Shown: positions 29,427 through 36,351 of the stretch, in pieces | How positions within the stretch are numbered: position 1 is the first letter of the stretch | Layout of the letters: each line of letters begins with the position of its first letter | Assembly: GCA_020631815.1 (NCBI GenBank) | Contig: JACKGW010000004.1 | Coordinates: 112,184-176,183, forward strand | DNA length: 64,000 nucleotides | Reading direction: 5' to 3' | Origin: Planctomycetota bacterium | GTDB lineage: Bacteria; Planctomycetota; PLA2; JAEUHO01 | Program-made: the position numbers and the translations under genes | The notes under the pieces: generated by a model | Database searches by the model: none | What the model was told of the DNA's origin: nothing | Seen by the model: only the letters and a program-made list of their open reading frames with translations

Positions 29427-30196
29427 GCGCGCCGGCTCCGGACGAGGACGGCGAACGCGACGCCCAGCGCAACCGCGGCGTTCAGCGACTCGGCACCGGG
29501 CTCGATGGGCACGCCCAGGCCCTCGGGGTCCAGCGAGTGCGCGTGCTCACCGGGCCCGCGCCCTTCGCTGCCCACGACGAGGACACCGGGCGTCTCGATC
29601 TCCTGGACGACCTCGAAGACGTCGCGACCGCCCGCTTCGAGCACCCACGCCGCGCGGCCGTCCAGACGCACGGCCGCGGCGAGTGCCGCCGACGGCCCCC
29701 GTGCGAACGGCACGGCCAACGCGAGACCGGCGGACGCACGCAACGCCTTGGCGCCCAGCGGATGCGCGCCGTCGTCGCTCACGAGCAACCCCGCGGCGCC
29801 GAAGGCCACGGCCACACGGAAGGCCGAGCCGACGTTGCCCGGGTCTTGAAGCCCATCCAGCCACAGCACCCAGCCCGGCTGGGCCAGCACCTCGTCCGGG
29901 CTGCGCTGCGGATCGCGCACGACCGCCACGATGCCCTGGGGCGTACGGACGCCGCCGACGCGATCGAGGTCCGCGGCCTTCGCCAGACCCACCTCGAGGC
30001 CCGCGTCGGCGCACGCGCGATCGAACGCGATGGCCGTGTCCGCCGCGAGGTTGTCGCGACGCCAGACCTCCACGACGTGACCGGTGGCCAGGGCGTCGTG
30101 CACGGCCTTCAGGCCTTCGAGCAAATGCAGGCCGGGGTCGCCCTTGCCACGGGCGATTTGGGCCAGACGCTTGCGACCGGCAATGCTCAGCTGCAT
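29423..30196 (-). CDS. SpoU/TrmH-family RNA 2'-O-methyltransferase
   Basis: The start is set at MQLSIAGRKRL, rejecting 76 upstream codons. SPOUT motifs are present (LDGLQDPGNVGSAFRVAVAFGA, then LVVGSEGRG ... SLNAAVA). The stop overlaps rsgA by 4 nt. Confidence 0.75.
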   Translation of the reverse strand: MQLSIAGRKRLAQIARGKGDPGLHLLEGLKAVHDALATGHVVEVWRRDNLAADTAIAFDRACADAGLEVGLAKAADLDRVGGVRTPQGIVAVVRDPQRSPDEVLAQPGWVLWLDGLQDPGNVGSAFRVAVAFGAAGLLVSDDGAHPLGAKALRASAGLALAVPFARGPSAALAAAVRLDGRAAWVLEAGGRDVFEVVQEIETPGVLVVGSEGRGPGEHAHSLDPEGLGVPIEPGAESLNAAVALGVAFAVLVRSRRA

Positions 30197-31248
30197 GCGA
30201 CACCTCCAGGGCGCAGGACGCGCAAGGAAGCCAGAGCCGCTTCCAGGTCGGAGGGTAGCGGGCTCGTGAGATCGAGCGTGCCGAGGCCGGCCGGATGCGG
30301 CATCACCAAGTGGTGGGCGTGCAGGCCGAGGCGCGCCAGCAAGACGCGATCCTCCGACGGCGCGAGATCCGGGCAGACCGTGCTGGCCAGCAGCGGACGG
30401 CAGTCGCCGTACAGGTGGTCGCACACGATGGGATGGCCGATGTGGGCCAGGTGCACGCGCAGCTGGTGCGTGCGCCCGGTGTGGAGATCCAGCTCCACCA
30501 GGGCGTGGCGGGCGAAGGTCTCGCGGACGCGGAAGGTGGTCCGCGCCGGCAGGCCGTCGGGGCGGATGCCCATGTGGATGTCGGTCTCGGCGCCCAGGGC
30601 GGGCCCGATCGGTGCGTCGATCTCGCCCTCGGCGGGCGGCCGTCCCTGCACGAGCGCAAGGTAGGTCTTCTGCACCGTGCGCCGTGTGAAGAGGTCGGTG
30701 ACCTGCGCGTCCGTGAAGCGATCCAAGACGGCCAGCACGATGCCGCTCGTGTCCATGTCGAGGCGGTGGCCCAGTCGCGGCACGCGGTCCTTGTCGGGGT
30801 CGTCGTCGCGGAACCGCGCGTGGAGCTTGTTGATGAGCGTGCCGTGGCGCAGACGCCCCGCGGGATGCACGGCCATGCCGCTGGGCTTGTCCACCGCGAT
30901 CACGTGGGCGTCCTCGTGGAGGATGACCAGGTCGCTGGCGTCTTCGCGCTCGGGCGCATCCGGCTCGGCAGGGACGTCGAGCGTGACCACGTCGCCCGCC
31001 TGCACGCGGGCCGCGGGCTTGGTCGGGCGTCCGGCCACGCGCACGGCGCCGTCGCGGACCATGCGCGCCAGCTGGGTGCGGCTACGCCACGTGACATGCT
31101 TGGCGAGGACGTGGTCCAGGCGCTCGCCTGCTTCCTCGGAGGGCACGACGAACGACTGCTCCCGCTGGGGGCGGGAGAGGTCGGTGTACGGGCGTTGGCG
31201 TGCACGCGGGGCCACGCACCCATGATGCCCTGGGGGCGCGTGGGCCAC
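30187..31248 (-). CDS. RluA-family 23S rRNA pseudouridine synthase (RluD-like, with an N-terminal S4 domain)
   Basis: S4-like region (GERLDHVLAKHV ... SRTQLARMVRDGAVRVAG). Catalytic block HRLDMDTSGIVLAV with the conserved Asp. The start may lie somewhat downstream of the track Met. Confidence 0.8.
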   Translation of the reverse strand: MAHAPPGHHGCVAPRARQRPYTDLSRPQREQSFVVPSEEAGERLDHVLAKHVTWRSRTQLARMVRDGAVRVAGRPTKPAARVQAGDVVTLDVPAEPDAPEREDASDLVILHEDAHVIAVDKPSGMAVHPAGRLRHGTLINKLHARFRDDDPDKDRVPRLGHRLDMDTSGIVLAVLDRFTDAQVTDLFTRRTVQKTYLALVQGRPPAEGEIDAPIGPALGAETDIHMGIRPDGLPARTTFRVRETFARHALVELDLHTGRTHQLRVHLAHIGHPIVCDHLYGDCRPLLASTVCPDLAPSEDRVLLARLGLHAHHLVMPHPAGLGTLDLTSPLPSDLEAALASLRVLRPGGVACS

Positions 31249-31278
31249 GGACGCCGCGCTGGAGCGACCCGCTGGACC

Positions 31279-32385
31279 TCAGCCGTCGAGGCCCACGAAC
31301 AGGGCAAGGCCGAGGCTGGCGAAGAGCACCGTGGGCAGCCACGCCATCACGACCGGGTTGAGGTCGCCGCCGGCGCCGAGGCCCGTGCAGACCTGCGTCG
31401 CACCGAAGAACAATGCACCCAGACCCAAGGCCGCGGACATGCCGGGCAGCGAGGACGAGCTGCGCCGACCGACGCGAAGCGCAAACGGCAGGACGAGCAG
31501 AAGCAAGACCACGGCGCTCACCGGCGTGGCGAGCAGCTGGTGGAACGACATCGTCAGGCGCGGGTCCTGCGGATGGGCCATCATCAGCTGCTTGGCTTCG
31601 CCGAACGACTGGCCCAGGCTGTCGGTGACGGTGAGCGAGACTTCCACGAGCGCGAGGCTGGCCTCGAGCGGGGCGTGGGAACCGGGCTCGATGGGCAGGC
31701 GCCGCGTGCCGGCACCGCTCCCGTCCACGGGGATGCGCTCGCCGCCGCGCGGCGCGATCCACCCCGCGTCTTCGGCGGACCACGCCAGCTCCGGGTACCA
31801 GCGCGTCTCGACCAGCCCCTCGGGTGCCCACAGGCTGACCCAAACCGACTCCATCCGCCGATCCAGCGGCAGGTAGGCGTCCATCGCCAGTCGTGCGCCG
31901 CTCGGATCGTGGAAGTGCGGCACCTTGGTGACGCGGTTGGGGCTGCGCTTCTCGAGCACGCGCTTCAGGAACGCGTGGCGCTGGCTGGCCGGTGACAAGA
32001 TCGCCGCCTGCGCGGCGGCCATGCTCCCCGCCACGACGAGACCCGCCACGAGGATCGGCAGCACGACCCGGCGCAGCGACACGCCTGTCAGTACAAGTGC
32101 CACGAGCTCGTGGTGCTTGGACAGCCGCGCCAGGCTGAAGGCCGCGGCGATGGCCACCACGAACGGCAGGATGCGCATCCAGATGAAGGGCAGCATCGTG
32201 GCGTAGTACTCGCCGAGGAGCACCCACGGTTGGTAGCCCGCCTCCTTTACGCTCCCCCACTGCCGGGCGAACTTCCCGGCGGCGTCAGCGAGATCGATCA
32301 CGACGACGATCAGGGTGAAGAAGAACAACACCGCGAAGAAGGTCGCGACGTAGGTCCAGAGGACATAGCGGTCGTGCTTGCGCAT
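31279..32385 (-). CDS. LptF/LptG-family (YjgP/YjgQ) LPS export permease
   Basis: The start is set at MRKHDRYVLWTYVATFFAVLFFFTLIVVVIDL, which is the typical family N-terminus. Six hydrophobic segments and a central periplasmic domain. Confidence 0.75.
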   Translation of the reverse strand: MRKHDRYVLWTYVATFFAVLFFFTLIVVVIDLADAAGKFARQWGSVKEAGYQPWVLLGEYYATMLPFIWMRILPFVVAIAAAFSLARLSKHHELVALVLTGVSLRRVVLPILVAGLVVAGSMAAAQAAILSPASQRHAFLKRVLEKRSPNRVTKVPHFHDPSGARLAMDAYLPLDRRMESVWVSLWAPEGLVETRWYPELAWSAEDAGWIAPRGGERIPVDGSGAGTRRLPIEPGSHAPLEASLALVEVSLTVTDSLGQSFGEAKQLMMAHPQDPRLTMSFHQLLATPVSAVVLLLLVLPFALRVGRRSSSSLPGMSAALGLGALFFGATQVCTGLGAGGDLNPVVMAWLPTVLFASLGLALFVGLDG

Positions 32386-32386
32386 G

Positions 32387-33595
32387 TCAGCGCCTTCGTC
32401 CGAGCACGAGCAGCACGAGGGCCGCGACGCCGAGCACGAGGTTGGACAACCACAGCGCCAGCCATGGCGGCCAGCCCTGGTCACGCGCCAGGGGCGCGCC
32501 CATCACGTAGAGCGGGAAGAACGTGAGGATGCAGGGCAGGAAGCAGAGGTTGAAGTCGCGCACGCGCCGGCTGCTGGGCGGCAGGAACAGCAGCATGGCG
32601 ACGGCGAAGAGCCCCATGAAGAAGGGGCTCGCTCCAAGGGCCAGCCGCCCGTGGAGCCGCGTCTTGGCCCGCAGCACGGCCGCGCGCTCCACGCCACCCC
32701 GCTCGATGACGTAGGTGAGCTCCGGCAGGGTCATGTCCTTGGCCCGGTACTGGAACGGCCTGGTGCCGAAGAGCTCGTTGAAGCCGGTGGAGGCGGCGAT
32801 CGAGCGCACGACGCCCATGGGCATCTGCACGGCGTCCTTGCGCTCGACCTGGGTGCCGCCGTCGTCCTCGGCCGTCATGACGACGGCGTCCTGCAGGTCG
32901 AACACGAGACCCACGGCTTCCTCGTCGCCCTGCTGGGGCGCCAGCACGAGGCGACGCGCCCAGGCCTTCTGCATGAGCTGGCCGTCGTCGCGACGACGGT
33001 CCAGCTCGACGTTCTGGAACGCGCCATCGGCCCAGCGCTCGAAGGAGAGGCGACCGTTGCTGAGGATCATGCTGCGATCGCTGCCGCGCAGCGAGCGGAG
33101 GAACTGCGGCACCATCTCGCGCATGCCCACCTTCACCTCGCGACTGGCGCGCGGCACGGTGTAGGCGTTGAAGTGCATGCCGGCGGCGGCCAGCACGGCC
33201 CCCGCCGCAACGACCGGCAAGGCGATCGCGCGGGCTCGCACGCCGGCGAACTGGAGCGCGGTCAGCTCGTGGTCCGACGTCCAGCGGCCGAGCACGATGC
33301 CGACGGCAGCCAGCCAGGAGAAGGGCAGGCTGAAGGAGAAGGCCAGCGGCAGCAGCTTGGGCAGGAGGTCCATCAGCAGCTCGGTGCCGACGGCGCCCGC
33401 ACCTTGGGCGAGCAGGTGGATCGTGGAGCCCAGGAACACGGCCGTCGTGACCACGGTCGTGATCAACACGAAGACCAGGGCCAGCTCGAGCAAGAGCGCG
33501 CGCTGGATCCGAAGCACCCGAGCCTCCTGCCGCGCCCACCGACCGAGCCGTCTGCTCGAGGCTCGGCGGGAGTATAGCGGGCCCGGCGCGGCCAC
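32387..33595 (-). CDS. LptF/LptG-family (YjgP/YjgQ) LPS export permease, paralogue of the downstream gene
   Basis: Family-typical N-terminus (RIQRALLLELALVFVLITTVVTTAVFL). The true start is probably an internal GTG near 33517. It ends 2 nt before the next permease starts. Confidence 0.7.
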   Translation of the reverse strand: MAAPGPLYSRRASSRRLGRWARQEARVLRIQRALLLELALVFVLITTVVTTAVFLGSTIHLLAQGAGAVGTELLMDLLPKLLPLAFSFSLPFSWLAAVGIVLGRWTSDHELTALQFAGVRARAIALPVVAAGAVLAAAGMHFNAYTVPRASREVKVGMREMVPQFLRSLRGSDRSMILSNGRLSFERWADGAFQNVELDRRRDDGQLMQKAWARRLVLAPQQGDEEAVGLVFDLQDAVVMTAEDDGGTQVERKDAVQMPMGVVRSIAASTGFNELFGTRPFQYRAKDMTLPELTYVIERGGVERAAVLRAKTRLHGRLALGASPFFMGLFAVAMLLFLPPSSRRVRDFNLCFLPCILTFFPLYVMGAPLARDQGWPPWLALWLSNLVLGVAALVLLVLGRRR

Positions 33596-33688
33596 CGACG
33601 CCGCCCCTCATGGTCTTGTCACGCGGATCCGTGCCATCGGCTTGTCTCCGGGGGATGCTGCACACGCCGCCAGCCCCCGGGAGAGCCC

Positions 33689-34606
33689 ATGGCCCGCCGT
33701 CGCGTCACCTCGATCCTCTCCGTCCACATCGACCTGGGTGCGGGCCGACGTGGCGTCGACATGGGCCCGTCGGCCATCCGCATCGCAGGCCTCACGCAGC
33801 GCTTGGCGGACCTCGGCTGGACGGTGCTGGAGCGCGGAAGCCTCTACGTCCGCGAGCCGGAGAGCGTCAAGGCGGGTCGAACGGATGCGCGCTACCTGAA
33901 GGAGGTGCTGGACGTCTGCACGCGCCTCAAGGAGGCCACCGAGCAGGCGCTGGCGCGCGGTGCGCTGCCCTTGGTTCTGGGTGGCGACCACAGCCTGGCG
34001 ATGGGCAGCATCGCGGGCGTGAGCAACCACTTCCATGCCAAGGGCAAGTCCGTCGGCGTCCTGTGGATGGACGCCCACACCGACATGAACACGCCGGAGA
34101 CGTCGCCGAGCGGCAACATCCACGGCATGCCGTTGGCCCACATGCTGGGCCACGGACTGCCGCAGTTCCGCAAGCTGGCAGCGCGCACCCCCGCGGTCCG
34201 CCCCGAGCGCACGGCGCTCATGGGCATCCGCAGCGTGGACCCCAACGAGGCCGACCTCGTACGCAAGACAGGGGTGCGCGTGTACACGATGTCGGAGATC
34301 GACGAGCGCGGGTTCTCGACGTGCTTGGCCGAAGCGCTGGATCGCGTCACGGACGGGACCGCGGGCGTGCACATGTCGTTCGACCTGGACGGCGTGGACC
34401 CGAAGGTGGCCCCCGGCGTGGGCACGCCCGTACCCGGCGGGCTCTCCTACCGCGAGGCCCACTGGGCCTGCGAAGCCGTGGCGCGCTCGGGCAGCCTCGT
34501 GTCGATGGACATGGTGGAGCTCAACCCCGTGCTCGACGAGCGCAACGAGACAGGTCGCCTGGCGGTGGAGCTGATCCTCAGCGCATTCGGAAAGACGATT
34601 CTGTAG
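33689..34606 (+). CDS. rocF: Arginase (ureohydrolase family)
   Basis: Mn-binding blocks are present (GGDHSLAMGS, WMDAHTDMNTP, SFDLDGVDP). 305 aa. The identity could also be agmatinase or formiminoglutamase. Arginase is favoured by the GGDHS context. Confidence 0.8.
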   Translation: MARRRVTSILSVHIDLGAGRRGVDMGPSAIRIAGLTQRLADLGWTVLERGSLYVREPESVKAGRTDARYLKEVLDVCTRLKEATEQALARGALPLVLGGDHSLAMGSIAGVSNHFHAKGKSVGVLWMDAHTDMNTPETSPSGNIHGMPLAHMLGHGLPQFRKLAARTPAVRPERTALMGIRSVDPNEADLVRKTGVRVYTMSEIDERGFSTCLAEALDRVTDGTAGVHMSFDLDGVDPKVAPGVGTPVPGGLSYREAHWACEAVARSGSLVSMDMVELNPVLDERNETGRLAVELILSAFGKTIL

Positions 34607-34608
34607 GG

Positions 34609-34804
34609 CAGGTGCCTGGCTCCTTGCGGGGGAGCGGCAGCGCCGCGACGCGCGCGAGGTGCCAGGCTCCCTTGGCAGGCTTGCGATACGCCGGTTGCCG
34701 CGCAGGGGCGATGGCACCGAGGCGTCCCCGCAGGCGAACGCAGCACGAAGGAGCCTGGCACGCGTTCCGCGCCGCAAGCGGCGCCAACGCGAGCCAGGCA
34801 CCTC
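34609..34804. repeat. Nested inverted and direct repeats of the 12-14 nt unit GTGCC(T/A)GGCTCC between convergent genes
   Basis: AGGTGCCTGGCTCC (34609-34622) pairs with GAGCCAGGCACCT (34791-34803). GAGGTGCCAGGCTCC (34656-34670) pairs with GGAGCCTGGCAC (34750-34761). The intervening GC-rich sequence is partly self-complementary. It lies between the arginase stop and the FHA gene stop. Confidence 0.65.
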
Positions 34805-34810
34805 TCCGCG

Positions 34811-36283
34811 CTAGCGGATCTTCTCGAGCATGTCGGGGGCGTCGGGGACGAGCTCGCGGGGGTAGCGGCGCAGGATCGTCTGCAGCTTGCGGATGGCGTC
34901 CTGGCGCTGGCCGCTGTCGATGAGGTCGCGGGCCGAGCGCATGTCGGTGTCGACCTCGGTACGCGCCTTGTTGAGGATGTCGCCCTTCCACGTGCGGATC
35001 GTCGACTCGAGGTCGGTCCACGCCTCGCGCGTCATGCGTAGGCGGGCGATGCCCTCCAGGTCGGTCAGGCGCTCGATGGCCTTGTGGTAGAAGCGCGTCC
35101 CCACGAGCGACTCGACCGCCGGCCGCACTTCCTCCTTGGCCCGGTACGCCGAGTACTCGGGATCCGGATGCTCGCGCAGCAGCTGGCGGTAGTGCTGCAT
35201 GGTCTCGTCCTCGCCGGCGACGAGGTTCTTGACGGCCAGCGTGCCCGCGTAGCGATCCATCCACTCGTGGATGCGCTGGACGGTCTGGGTGTCGGTCATG
35301 GCGTCGACCGGATGCAGCGTGGGGCTCCAGCTCTTGCGGAGGATCTGCTTGTCCCAGAACTCGCGGGACTCGTCCTCGAGGCGCTGCGTCTGCAGGCTCT
35401 GCATGTGCTGGCGCCACGAGTCCATCTCGTCGTGCAGCAGGTCGTAGTGCTTGCCGCCCGGGTCGCCCTGCTGCTCGGCCAAGCGCAACGCGCGCTCGTA
35501 GCGATCGGGCGCCTGGCTGCCGCGCACGATGTCGATGCCCTCATGCAGGATGTCGCGGTTGCTCGAGGCCGTGCCGCCGAAGATCAGGAAGATCAACGCG
35601 CCGAACACGATGGCGCCGCCGATCACGCCCATGACGATCCAGGAGTTGTTGTTCTTGCGGGCGACGCGACGACCGGGGCGCTCGTCGTCGTAGTAGTCGT
35701 CGTCGTAGTCGTCCTCGCGGGCGCGACGACGCGAGGGCGCGGTGCGCGCGGGTGCGCTGCGCACCGGAGCTGCGGGCGCGGCGGCGACGGCAGGCGCGGC
35801 CACGGCAGGCTTCGGCGTCACGACGGGCTTTGCGGGCGCGGCCGGCTGCGCCGGTGCGGCCGGCACGGGCTTCACGGCCACGGCCGCCGGCTTGGCAGGC
35901 ACGGCCTTCGGCGTGACGACCGGCTTGGCCGCCACGGCCGGCTTGGCACCGACGGACTTGGGCTTGGCCACCTTGGCCACCGGCGGCCCCTGCTCGGCGC
36001 CATCGGCGGCGTAGGTGAGCGTGGCTTCCCCGATGCGGATCGCGTCGCCGTCCATCAGCCAGCGCTGGTTCAGCACGCGCCCGTTGACCGCGGTGCCGTT
36101 CAAGCTCTCGAGGTCGACCAGCTTCATCCGGCCGCGCACGCGCCGCACGACGGCGTGGTGCTTGCTGACGCCGTTGGCCGTGAGCTGCACGGCGTTGGCC
36201 GCGCCACGTCCGATGGTGACCTCGGGGTCGAGGATGTCGTACTCGACGGGCTCGCCCGCCTCCTGGATCGTCAATCGGGGCAT
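34811..36283 (-). CDS. FHA-domain membrane protein (N-terminal FHA, KP-rich linker, acidic tract, one TM, C-terminal extracytoplasmic domain)
   Basis: The start is set at MPRLTIQEAG. The FHA motifs are ITIGRG, VSKHHAVV and LNGTAVNGRV. It has a Lys/Pro/Ala/Val repeat linker (AKPAVAAKPVVTPKAVPAKP ...), a DDYDDDYYDDE tract and a TM helice (WIVMGVIGGAIVFGALIFLIF). Confidence 0.7.
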   Translation of the reverse strand: MPRLTIQEAGEPVEYDILDPEVTIGRGAANAVQLTANGVSKHHAVVRRVRGRMKLVDLESLNGTAVNGRVLNQRWLMDGDAIRIGEATLTYAADGAEQGPPVAKVAKPKSVGAKPAVAAKPVVTPKAVPAKPAAVAVKPVPAAPAQPAAPAKPVVTPKPAVAAPAVAAAPAAPVRSAPARTAPSRRRAREDDYDDDYYDDERPGRRVARKNNNSWIVMGVIGGAIVFGALIFLIFGGTASSNRDILHEGIDIVRGSQAPDRYERALRLAEQQGDPGGKHYDLLHDEMDSWRQHMQSLQTQRLEDESREFWDKQILRKSWSPTLHPVDAMTDTQTVQRIHEWMDRYAGTLAVKNLVAGEDETMQHYRQLLREHPDPEYSAYRAKEEVRPAVESLVGTRFYHKAIERLTDLEGIARLRMTREAWTDLESTIRTWKGDILNKARTEVDTDMRSARDLIDSGQRQDAIRKLQTILRRYPRELVPDAPDMLEKIR

Positions 36284-36351
36284 CGTCGTCTCCGGGCTCG
36301 GCACTCTACGGCAACCGGGGCGCGACACCCCGGGTGGGCGAGATGGACGGG

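Noticed and set aside
36284-36351. Possible sigma-54 promoter upstream of the first FHA gene
   Set aside because: I inspected the 68-nt spacer. A GG/GC pair is present, but the spacing (13 instead of 10-11 nt) and the flanking bases do not fit TGGCAC-N5-TTGC. It needs a proper PWM scan and is not called.
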